A stretch of DNA of 64,000 bases from Paragordius varius (Eukaryota; Animalia; Nematomorpha), in NCBI GenBank assembly GCA_964247055.1, contig OZ176054.1:13268001-13332000 (forward strand). The letters run 5' to 3'. Numbering within the stretch: the stretch's first letter is position 1; each line of letters opens with the position of its first letter. The notes under the pieces were generated by a model. That model worked only from the letters and a program-made list of their open reading frames with translations. It had not been told where the DNA came from and ran no database searches. Positions 53,401-64,000 of the stretch are shown piece by piece. The translations under genes were made by a program, and so were the position numbers.

Positions 53401-54826
53401 TAGGAAATATATCTTTGGAGCAAGGTTTATTATTTTTTCAAAAATTAAATAAAATTTCATTTTCTAAAAATATAAAAGTAAGTATTTTTCTTAAAAAACA
53501 CTTAATTTATTTTAGGGTTAAATTTGAATTGTTAAGGGTGTGTTGAGGTGAATTAAGGGTGAATATGAAGTGTAATTGGTATATAATAATTTTTAGTTTA
53601 ATATTAACAAAAAAAATATATATAAAAAATATATTAGTTTCGGAACTCAAAATTAAGTTACGTTTTCAATAAATAATTTAAATATATCAAGTAATAAAGA
53701 ATGAATGTGTATGTTTGCGCATGTATTTCACATGTAAAATCTAATTTATACACGTTTTTCCAATTGTGGTTTAAAATGTACCCAATCATTTGATGAAAAA
53801 GGTTTATTATAAGAAAATTAAAATTCCATATTTATGTTTTTTATTCCATATAATTAAAATAAAATAGGAGGTTTTACCAATTGACTCCCATGACATTCAG
53901 TTATACTGGCATAACTTTGTTGATCTCCTAACAACGTTCCATAAAAGTTTTGACAAGTCGTTTTTACCCTGGATGAATTTTGTGAATTTTTTCGATTTAA
54001 TATGTTTCTGTCAAACGGCGTTTGAGTTACATTTAATTCAATTTCATTGTTATCATCGTATGAGATGACAAATTTGAAATTGGGTGCCAATATCTCGATA
54101 GGTGACATCTTCAATATATGACTTTGATTATTTAAATGTATATGGTAATAACTGTAACGTTCTTCTGGTTCATTGGAATTTTTATGTTTTCCTATTCTAG
54201 GTAAAACAGTGGTGAACAAATTATTCCAATTCGTAGAGATCTTGGCGTTTGACCCCTTTTGGTATGGAAATTTTTTGTAAATATCCGTGTGATTTGTTGT
54301 TGTAAAATTATTGAATGTGTATGTCCCATTCGAGAATTTATAATAAAATTTGGTTGGGTAAACTTTGGTACAAGTTGTTACTTTGATATCGTGTTCTGAG
54401 GCATCTAAATCATGGAACTTTATTAAGAAACTTATAAAAAATTTTCCAACCACATAAAGTGGGTCGAGTTTTGTTTTTAATGACGTAAAAAATTTATGCT
54501 ATAAATATTAAAATACTTACTGGTAATTGGGAAGAGAGGACTTTGAAAGCTGTAATGCCTTTGTGCGGCCTTTCGGGCTATTGCCTTTTCCTACAAAAGT
54601 ATATTAATTAATTTAATTTTATTAGGCAAAGTTCTAATTTATAAAATATTATTGTTTGTTAAAAAATTAATATCAATTCTTCTTTGAAGAAAAAGTTTGA
54701 AATAATTTGTTTGAAAGGACTTACTGTAGATAAGGGAATGGGTCGTATTGTGGATAACATGCATTGAACGCAGATTTCAGAAATCCAGGATATATATATA
54801 GCAATACAAAAATTTAGGGATTTCAT
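47445..54826 (-). CDS. ADAMTS-type secreted zinc metalloprotease (signal peptide, prodomain, reprolysin domain, disintegrin-like, one TSP1-like repeat, Cys-rich end); 14 exons, about 805 aa
   Basis: Exons (minus): 54725-54826, 54521-54590, 53878-54404, 52932-53160, 52402-52613, 52016-52099, 51829-51944, 51333-51482, 50968-51105, 50455-50611, 49738-49824, 49122-49318, 48869-49023, 47445-47638; total 2418 nt. Motifs: signal-like MKSLNFCIAIYISWISEICVQC, furin site RQKR, WDVAILLT, zinc motif HEMAHTLGIKHD, Met-turn IMSA, WSECS, FPGKLYNADMQCKLAYG, PALEGTTC, WCISGQCV, WSKW..GNCQQSC...RYC. The first two exons and the terminal exon are less certain. Confidence 0.88.
49412..49695. mobile_element. MITE family A (ADAMTS intron)
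   Basis: TA|CAGTAAAAAGTGAAATTATACGG ... TTTGTCCGTATAATTTCAATTTT. Confidence 0.85.
51518..51796. mobile_element. MITE family A (ADAMTS intron)
   Basis: TA|CAGTATGAACTGAAATTATACGGACAAAACG ... GTCCGTATATTTCCAATTTTTACTG|TA. Confidence 0.85.
52141..52375. mobile_element. MITE family A (ADAMTS intron)
   Basis: CAGTAAAAATTCTAATTAAGCGGACAAAAC ... TTTCGATTTTTGCTG|TA. Confidence 0.8.
53311..53584. mobile_element. MITE family B (ADAMTS intron)
   Basis: TATACCATTTACATTCAAAATC ... GGGTGAATATGAAGTGTAATTGGTATA. Confidence 0.8.
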
Positions 54827-55809
54827 AGCTGGCCCAATGGTTTTTTATATCGATTGTACGCGAGGTTAAGGATTAAGGATGAATTGATTTTAGTAAATGA
54901 GAATGGATTTATGAATAAAAAATTTTCCCAAAAAGTTTAAAAATAAAACAGATCAAAGAAAGTTTTAGTTTTTTTATAGATGTTGAGAAAATTATTATTT
55001 GTTATAAAATATTAATAAAGATAGCCATATCGATGCGATAATTATATATTGCATAATATTAATTTTGTTTTAAAAGCGAATTGCCAATGAAAAAAATTAA
55101 AATAATATCGCCAAATATTAAAAAATGTTTATTTTTTTCATTTTTTAGCATATATTTTGTCTAGGAAAATTTGGAATTTATAACATTATATACATGTATG
55201 TATATATTTAGGCGTAAAATTATAATTAATGATACGATACTATCCTTTATTATACTATGCTTGTCATAAAAATACAGGTAAAATATTTTTACAACGGTAA
55301 TTGTAAAAACATCCTAAAAAAACAAAAATAAAAATATTTTAGAATCAGAGATTGTTGTTTAATAGTGGGTTAATTTTCTCGATTTAAAACCGTTTTAAAA
55401 ATTTAGTAAAAATCAATATTTAAAATTCAAAAGAATGAAAATTCATCGAAAAATAACTACCGATTGAATTATCAAAAATTTATATAGAACAGAATATATA
55501 ACTAATTTATTTTAAGAAATCATGTTTAAATTTCTAGGAAGCCCATTTTGTATTTTTGCTTTTAGATTTAAAATTAGTCTTAAATTTTTTGAAAAAATGT
55601 TACACCTATTTTATACAATCAAAAGTTATAACACCCTGAGGCTTTTTAATGCTTTTTAAGTATTATTATATAACGGGTAGTTTTTGAATTCATAAAATAA
55701 CAATAAAAAAATAAACAATGTACAATAAAATACATTATTTTTTGATAATCTGCTAAAATTTAAATTTTAAATGGCCATAAAAGTATTTTTTACACTTTTT
55801 AGCCTCCGA

Positions 55810-56323
55810 TTCTCGATTCAAATTGGGGTCGTTGGATACCCCTAATATGTTTATTCAATACTTTAAAAAATTTGGAAAAAAACTGAAACCATTACAAAAG
55901 TTTGCACTTATATAACACCGATGAACCGAAAATAAAAAAGATTGATTTAAAAAACTCGATATTACTTATTTTATGGATAAACCTCAAGTTAGAATTTAGT
56001 CCACAAGACATGTTTAGCTAAATAAGCAATTTAAAAATCATTTTATATCAATGTTAGACGTAATTTATAAAAAAATTTAGCTTTAATTTTAGCGTTAGAA
56101 TCACAGACGATATTTTGCAAAAATGTTTTAAATTAAAAATGGCGTCGAAATAGTTTGATTGAACTTTTTCAAAACTAAATTTTGTTTAATTATTTTGGCT
56201 TATTTATTAAGGTTTATTGGGATCTAAGCATAAATTTAATTAGAACCGTTTCTTTTTAGTTTTTTGAAAATATTACTTAAATATAGTCTGTTGCCTCTAG
56301 ATTACCCAATTTGAATCGATGTG
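55810..56323. mobile_element. piggyBac-like MITE, family D, dispersed copy
   Basis: TCGATTCAAATTGGGGTC at the left, CCAATTTGAATCGATGTG|TTAA at the right, and internal AAATGGCGTCGAAATAGTTTG shared with 3326-3880. Confidence 0.8.
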
Positions 56324-58299
56324 TTAATTTATATATTTTTATACTGAAATCAAATCCCCATTAAAACCTATTAAGTTAAATATGGATTGTTTTCTCATAC
56401 CATTAAAATCTTTTTTATTGTCAAAAATTTGTCGTCTCAGAGAATACTTAAATTTAAAATTTGAGTAATTATTATTTAAAATAAATAACGCTTAAAAATT
56501 AACGCACAATTAAAAAATGAAGCCGTAAAGTCATACCGAAAAAGAAATATTCATGTAAAAATTTCATATTTATAAATGTCAAAAAATGTTTTATGCCGAC
56601 AACACTTTTCACAAATAAAGTGAAAACGACAAAGCATGTTAAAAAAAAATTTATTTCCATAAAATTATACTTTTAATGATATAAAAATTGTGTTAATTAT
56701 CAAAGCTAAAATGTTTTTTTTGAGAAATCATTGGCGGCAATCCTAATCAAAGGCTAAAAAGAATAACTTTGAAACTAAATAAAAATTCGTAGAAAATTTC
56801 TAAAAATATCTCTTTTGTGTTGTATTGTCGGGCTATTCTTGACTTACGTGCATATGTCTCATCGCAATAAAACTAGCCTATATCCTTTTTAATTGTCACT
56901 TGGAAAATTTAGCATAGATCTAAACATAATCATGTCATATATTTCACATAAACTTAAAAAGCATTAATTAAAGGTGATAGCTCCAACCAGACTAGCAAAA
57001 AATTTTTTATTCTATATCTAAACTTAATACTATTTTGTCCGCCTTAAGCAAATTCCTTAACTTTTAACATTGAACATCTCCAATTGCTCATTATAAAGAT
57101 ACCTTGAAGCATTTTTAATTCTGGCTACAATTCATTGGTATCAAACTTTTTTAGTTAGAGAAGAGCAAAATAATAGGTCGGGTCGATGGAATCTGTCACC
57201 AATTATAAAATAAAAAACCATTTATAATTACATTTTTTAAAAAAAAAACTATGAAAGTAGACTTTAAAGCTCTATCCAAGTTTTAAGGATATGCAAATGG
57301 TTTGCTTTCTAAGAAATGTAAATTATTTTTATTACACTATTATCACTTGATGCTATCATAAAATAAAAACGATAATTACTGTTGTGAGCCTTTAATGTCA
57401 AATTATGCAGGATTTTTTTGTTCAAGTATCGTTGTGAGGGTGTCTTCATGTCTATCCTGAAATTTTGTTTTTTCCTAGCAAATATATACATATTTAAATT
57501 TTTGATGTGCTATTATCATAAAAATTAGATATAAAAAAGATAACAAACAATTTTTTATTCCCTAACACTTCATTACCTTTAGGGGTAGTTTTATAATTCA
57601 GAGCCGTAAGAAAGTATGGGGTGTAATTGAAAAATATGCTTTCATTAGCGTTTTAGGCGCATAAAGCAGCCATGTTTTATCCTTGATTTATTTTGAATCG
57701 GTAATACGGCAAACAATATGGGGAAATTGGAAATGTTTTAACGATAATTGATATTGTAATGCCCGTGAAATAGGTGTAAATATAATTTAAAGGTTTTTTT
57801 TGATAATTATAATATTATAAGGTTTAACTATAAAAATAAAAGCTCTTTTATTTTATACAGAACCAGGTTTGATAAATAACCTGTAACATACCTATAGACA
57901 AGTTAAAGGGGAAAAAATTACCCCAATAAATGTCCCTAAATTAGAATAGTATAAAGGAATCTTTAAGGTAATGGGTGTTAATAAAAAATATTTTTATATA
58001 ATCAATGGATGAATATCGTGGAAATTGACATATTGGGATTTTAAAATAAAACAATCTCTATAGAATGAAAATTAAACACCATTTCGCCATCGATAAAAGT
58101 TTAACAGTTAAAAAAATTTAGAGTTTTATGAGTCAAAATGCTAAACTATTTGGAAAAGAGATAATAGTAAAATAATAAATACATAAGCTTGTTTTTCAAT
58201 AAGTTTCCATAAGTGAAGCGTCAAAAATGCAAATATCGGAATTTTCGATAAAGATTAAAACCTATAAAATATTTGGGTTAATAATTAAAAAATTAAACA

Positions 58300-59560
58300 T
58301 TTAGATATTCTTAGTTTTACACATGATTTACTACATTTTTAAAGTAAAAACTGTGACAAGTTTGGTCCCTACATAGAATAAAGATTGATGCCCTTCTAAC
58401 AAAAAAAAGACATTTCCAAGGCTTTATAGTGCCATAAATTTAAGTATAGCTACCGAACGGGTTTTTCACATGTTATTTATACAAAAAAGCAACAATCTAG
58501 CCGTTTTCAGTCAAAATTGAAATAGTTTAATTTTTACGTTTAAAAACCCCCAAAACAAATCACTAATTTTAACAAAATATTTTTGATTTTAACGCTTTTT
58601 CTAAATAAAAGCTATTGAGCCCTCTGCAGGTGAGTATTAAAGCTTTCACCAATCCCAATACAATTAAGTCCTTATCTTTTAGCAAAAAAGAGCATTTAAA
58701 CTGTTTATTTGTTAATAAATACCAGCATTGTGTATGTTTAGCTATTCTGCACAGTATAACCATTTTTATAGATCATGATGAAAAACTAGCCGGCTGCTCA
58801 AAATTTTTAAGTATATAGAATCTTTCACAAAGCTCGCCCTACCATTAAAATCAAACTACATTGTTGCCTTAAAATATGGAAGTGATTATATTTGGTCAAA
58901 TAATATCATTCAATATGATATTTTCACATCTCTCACAATTCAGTTCAATAATACGGAGACTTAGCTAGCTTCTAAAACCTAGGTAAACAATTAAAAAGTT
59001 TAATGTAGATACAAAAATTTCATATTAACCTATTTGATCAATCAGTTAAAATTATATATCAAGTAATTATCCAGAAAAGAAAAAGGAATGTTTCAAACAT
59101 AGTCTGTAAATTGCGTAAGTTTTTTCAACACAAATACTGAGTGTTGGACTATCTGTCTGGTCGTTGTCACTAAACACTCCAGCTTTTTTTTATACAATAT
59201 ATAAGCACTCAACCAACTTAACAATTAAATGACATTTCTAATGAAAATTGCTATCCTCCCTAAAATTACAAATAAAACAGCCTCAAGACTATTGATATTG
59301 TTTTTCAAGTATACTATGCATATATATAATATAACAGGAGATGAATGTGCCTGTGTTTATATGTACACAATCCCACAACCAAGAAACTCAACAAGATAAA
59401 TATCCAGACTGTCTGAAGTCAAATTAAAGGTTATAAAAAAACAAAAAAAAATCATCCTTTTTTTGCAACTTGTTATTGTGAAATAGTTGATGAACTTATA
59501 AAAAAACGCTCTCAAGTGGGTGTATAGATAGCAGGAGAGGAGAATGATAGATGGCCTTTA
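58300..59560 (+). pseudogene. Possible very old mariner/Tc1 transposase debris
   Basis: Scattered weak matches in different frames: LVP (WVP position), IFHKARP (HDNARP position), GSDYIW (PSDY position), ITGDECACVYMY and HNQETQQ (ITGDExWVYxYDPETKQQ position). No TIRs found. Confidence 0.3.
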
Positions 59561-59857
59561 TTATTTTATGTATAGAAAAGGTTTCAGATATATAATATAC
59601 TATGTTGATAAATTATTATAAATACATTGTTAACATATTTGTCATATTTTATCATGTCTACTCTGCATATACATTTATTGGTAAAATATAAATTTTAAAA
59701 AATTTGATTCAACACAGAGTTACGTCTATAAGTCCCGAATATGAAAATTGGCTAACGATTATTATTAAATCAATTTTGACCATTTGTTATCTTTGTAGAT
59801 AAAATGAGCCAATAGCATAAACGAATTGAACCGGCAATATCTCTAAATTTTATATTA

Positions 59858-60100
59858 CAGAAATGTATACGGACGAACGTATAAATATAAAGACAAATAT
59901 TTTTTTTCGATATTTGTCAAATCATATTTTTATGATATAACCCATTGTTTATTCATACAGCAAAGTATAAAATAATGATGTAAATTGGACAACATAAATT
60001 ATGTATTTTATGATTAAAAAAATTTTTTATCGAATAAATTAAGGTTTTAAAAAATATAATTGTCTTTATAGGTTTACGTTTCCGTATAATTTTAATCATT
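59858..60100. mobile_element. Degenerate family A MITE
   Basis: TACGGACGAACGTATAAATATAAAGACAAATATTT ... TTGTCTTTATAGGTTTACGTTTCCGTATAATT. Confidence 0.7.
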
Positions 60101-60527
60101 GTAAGATATCTGTTAGGATTATTTTTAATTTATTAGCCGTATGATCACACAAGGAGAATGAATAATGGGTCAGTTCTCAGTGCTTTTATTGAGACTCCAA
60201 GCCATTAAGAAATTATTTCATTTTTTTAATATTTAGCAATCATCGGAAATTTTGCGCACATTTTAGTAATGGACAGAAAAATGATTAAAACCGCTTAGGG
60301 AAATTTCACCTTCAATTGTTGTAGTTTAAATATTTTTAGCTATTGTAATTAAATAATAGAATCGAAGAACCATTTGAACAAAACGCAATAGCCCGTTTAT
60401 TCAAGTTATTCTCATTATAATTGTTAACGTGTGAAAAAAATCGAAAATTAAAAACATAAATTCCATTTTACATTTTTCAATCAAATATATTATTTGCTCT
60501 CATTTATTGTAGTATAAAATGAAACAA

Positions 60528-62857
60528 TTATTTAGATGGGTTAGAAGGATTAGCTAATAACAAGGCCTCCTTATGTTTCTTCTGTTGTTGTTGATAATTG
60601 AAAAACTTTAAACTATTCAAGGTGTATTGTTGATCAGTATGTTCGGTTACGATAGATTTATCATTATTGTTAATTACAACAGTATAATCACCACTGTTAT
60701 TTGAGTTGGTCAATACTTTGCAATCTAAAGCTGGTAAATTTTGCTGTTTAGGTGGGACAACTGAATTTGAAGAAAAATATGATTTGTTGTAATTTACTGG
60801 AATATCAAACAAACTTTTGGCATTTTTGCCTGCTGTGGTGGATAATAATGCTAAGTTTCCAGAAAAGTTTGTTGATATTCCCATGTTTTCGGTCTTGACT
60901 CCATTCAAATGTTTATTAGGGTTAGTTATTGAGGAAGACGCATTATTATAAGGTAAATGATTCAAGGAGCCAATATTAGCAATATTTTGACCATTTCGTT
61001 CTTCACAAATTATGATGTCATACAAGGCACTCAAAATACTTCGACTCAGTATGGCGTCAACTTCGTTTTGGGTTAAATTTATCCCCTTCAGAACATAATC
61101 CTCGTTAGCGGTGCTGTCAGTCAACATGATATCTTTATCGGTTAAACCTAAAATGAATTAAAAATCAAGTAAATTTGTAATATTTTCTTTCGCCTATTAA
61201 AAACCCTTGTATATCATTTTATGCTTTTGACAATTAAATCGGATTAAATGTATAAAAACAACTGCGGTAAAAGTTTTAATGGAAAGAAAAGCAATAAGAC
61301 AGCCATACTTTCTCTCCATAAATGTATTAAATTTTATAAAGATAACTGATGACATACTAAGAGATATAGTTCACAATAGTTATTTATTATAAAGTTATGT
61401 AAAAAATCAAGGTTTATAAATGTAATTCTGTTTTTTAAAATACATATTTTATGTTTTGCTTTTGTAATTTAATTTATTTTACTGTAAAACAAAAAACTTT
61501 GACTCACCAACTACAATACAAGCATTTTGAACTTTCATACGTCCGCGCAAAGTTTCCAGCATATACTGATTATTTAAACCGCTGACTGTGTTTCTATCAT
61601 TAACTATAAAGATTGTGGGTGTACTTATTCGATCAAGTCCATACAATTTGGGACCTCCGGCAAATATATTGATATTTTCTGTGGTTTGTTCTCCAGGGCG
61701 CTCAAATTTATTTTTTATTGCATGATTTTTTTCTATTTCAGAGGATTGAGTATTTTGCGCTGAGATATTACTACTGGTGCTACAGAAATCGAATGGGAAT
61801 CCCAAACAAATGAGTCCATCAAACTTAAGTTCAATACAAGCCTGGTATGATATACATTACAAAAAAATTGGTATTTGACATTTACTATGTTAATTGTTTT
61901 TATGCTAATTAACCGATAAGTACATTTTATAATAAAACTATTGTTACATTTTTCTTTGAATTATATGCGAATGTATTTACACACAGGTTAACGTGAGAAA
62001 TTTTAATAGAATTTTACTAATAAATAAGGCAATTTAAACTGCTAATTAATTCTTACAATGTGGTATAAGAGGGTACTTAACTACATAATCAACATCCTAA
62101 TACTCAACGGTCATAATTACAAAATGTAAAATTTCAGTATACGGTTGACTTCCATTATTGGGGTTTTGTTAAAAAACTTAGACTTTTATACTGCATATTT
62201 AAGGCCTTTTCTTATCACGTAAACTTAAAACAATTTTAAAAAATGCAAAATTGATTGTAAATAATCTCTTAATACAGGAATCACCGTCTAATTTAGTTTA
62301 TTTGTGTTGTGTTATAAAAAAACACTTTAACCATATAACATTATCAGCACACTAAAAATATTTTATAAAACAAAATTTGATAAGAATTTACATAAGCAGC
62401 AAAGAGTGAGGAGAGACCCCAAGACCACAAAATTGTACGCACATTAGAATTAATATTGCTTTTAGTATTGGCATTTGTTGAAACCTTTATTTTTGGTTTC
62501 ATGGCATGTTTGAGTTTTTCCTTCAAACGATTCAAATAAGTTGTGGTGAATGAGACCGAATCTTGAATACTCAATTCATTGCCTAAGGTTAGCTTGTTGT
62601 TTGAATCTGTCCTCCTACAATAATGATGAAAAATGAAACATTTGAGTAAAATAAGTAAATAAATGCCGTTTTTTTGATTTGATAAAAAATGTCTATTATT
62701 TTGCATTTTAACCTTTTGACGTGAGCAGTTTTAAAATATATGAATAATGTAGTTACATATATCCAGTTATGATATTTTTTATTAATAGAGAAAAATCATA
62801 TCTCTAAAAAAATAATATGTTTTTAAGCCATAGAAATGTAATTTTTCATTTGTAATG

Positions 62858-62917
<60 letters not shown>

Positions 62918-63810
62918 AAAAATCAATCAAAACGTGTGGGTTTCTTAAAATTCATTAGTCGTTAACATATACGCATATTCCGTATTATAATAATGAATGA
63001 AAAGTATTTTAAACTGAATACAAAATATTAAATGATATGTGCAACCCCTTAATAGTAGCAAACACCTTAACTTGTTAAAATATTAATCATACTAAAATTA
63101 TTTGATTTTTCAGTTTAGTTATATTATTTATTACAAAGGGGAGTTTTAGGGTATTAAAAAAATAATTATCCCATAAATTATTAAAAAAATTTTAGAGTAA
63201 AAACTGAAATTATACAGACACAAAGTAAAAATATAAAGACAAATATTTTTTTAAAAGACAACCATACCTCCTTATAAGCTAGTTAGTTGCAATTGTAAAA
63301 TATAGAATTGATTGTGTTAGTATTATATATCTTTCTCTATTTCACACTTTGTTATTTAAAACAATGAGTTATATTGTAATTAAATCTAGATTTAAAAAGT
63401 ATGGGGTTGTCTTTTTTACAAATGTCCGTATAATTATATCCACAATTAACTGCAAAGCTTTACTGTTTTTGTTGTATTAGATCAGCATCCACAGGATTTA
63501 TAATGTCAAAAGACCATTGAGAAGGCAATAAATGTTCCATCCAAACTTTAAGTCTTTGAAGAGCGAAATAACCCTGGTGGGATTGTAGCAAATTTTCATT
63601 TAAGTTATTAAAAGTATTTTCATCAACATTTAAAGTTATAATATCAAGGTTGGGTAAGGATGGTATCATAATACAATGTATATCAAGAGGTGAATTATTA
63701 TTAATGCTAAATAACTCTAAATACTGTTTCTCAAACATTTCACAATGGAATTCGTCATTGTTAAATGATGGCGGATTACTTGAGTTTGTATATTCCTTTA
63801 ATACTGTGCT
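60528..63810 (-). CDS. KANSL3: KAT8 regulatory NSL complex subunit 3-like (alpha/beta-hydrolase fold); 3' four exons, 5' end lies beyond the window
   Basis: Exons (minus): 63464-63810, 62392-62614, 61508-61841, 60528-61147, phases consistent. ILWSWGLSSLFAAYACIELKFDGLICLGFP...STPTIFIVNDRN...MLETLRGRMKVQNACIVVG...LTQNEVDAILSRSI aligns by eye to the recalled KANSL3 segment [30 protein letters not shown]...TPVLFVIGQNS...MEDFREKIRAENSLVVVG...LTQSMVDRCIQDEI. Confidence 0.8.
61263..61484. mobile_element. Highly degenerate family A MITE (KANSL3 intron)
   Basis: AAGACAGCCATACTTT at the left; TTTTATGTTTTGC...TAATTTAATTTATTTTACTG|TA at the right. Confidence 0.5.
62861..62912. repeat. (AT)26 microsatellite in KANSL3 intron
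   Basis: Perfect AT dinucleotide run read directly. Confidence 0.97.
63195..63435. mobile_element. MITE family A (KANSL3 intron)
   Basis: GTAAAAACTGAAATTATACAGAC...AAAGACAACCATAC ... GTTGTCTTTT...GTCCGTATAATT. Confidence 0.8.
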
Positions 63811-63867
63811 CTAAAATAAAACACGTATTGCACGCATAAAATAATAGAAAAAAAATTAATTTTATAT

Positions 63868-63920
63868 ATATACCATTTACAAATCAAATTCACCCTCGAA
63901 CAATTCAGATTCACTCTTAC
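63868..63920. mobile_element. Family B MITE fragment (left arm only)
   Basis: TATACCATTTACAAATCAAATTCACCCTCGAACAATTC. Confidence 0.7.
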
Positions 63921-64000
63921 AGTCATGTCTATATAGAATTGTCTTTTTTTTTATTTAAATGATTATAATTTTTTTTTAATTGTTTTGATGTTTGATATGT

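Noticed and set aside
1-64000. tRNA, rRNA, snRNA genes and U12 (AT-AC) introns
   Set aside because: No cloverleaf, rRNA-like GC-rich block or U12 donor consensus was seen by eye; tRNAscan-SE/Infernal would be needed to exclude them formally.

Overview
Very AT-rich animal (invertebrate-like) genomic DNA with spliceosomal introns. No prokaryotic features, rRNA, tRNA or CRISPR were seen. I reconstructed four protein-coding genes by hand from splice sites, reading phase and recalled homology. They are a complete Arl8 GTPase gene (minus, 83-2006, 5 exons, 185 aa), a complete FRMPD4/Preso-like WW-WW-PDZ-FERM scaffold gene (plus, 18958-44069, 18 exons, about 1431 aa), a compact ADAMTS-type metalloprotease gene (minus, 47445-54826, 14 exons, about 805 aa) and the 3' part of a KANSL3-like gene (minus, 60528 to beyond 63810). 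Non-coding DNA is rich in non-autonomous DNA transposons: Tc1/mariner-type, piggyBac-like and hAT-like MITEs, a PIF/Harbinger-like element, two decayed mariner copies, and a Helitron family whose second copy carries a 150/300-bp tandem array. The most interesting observations are (i) hairpin MITEs concentrated in small introns, several leaving a residual of about 67 nt, (ii) a 302-codon orphan ORF in FRMPD intron 1 that can act as an alternative first exon removing half of WW1, and (iii) the Helitron-borne higher-order tandem array. I found no clear evidence of a wholly new biological system. All homology calls come from recalled motifs, not database searches, and repeat boundaries are approximate unless stated.
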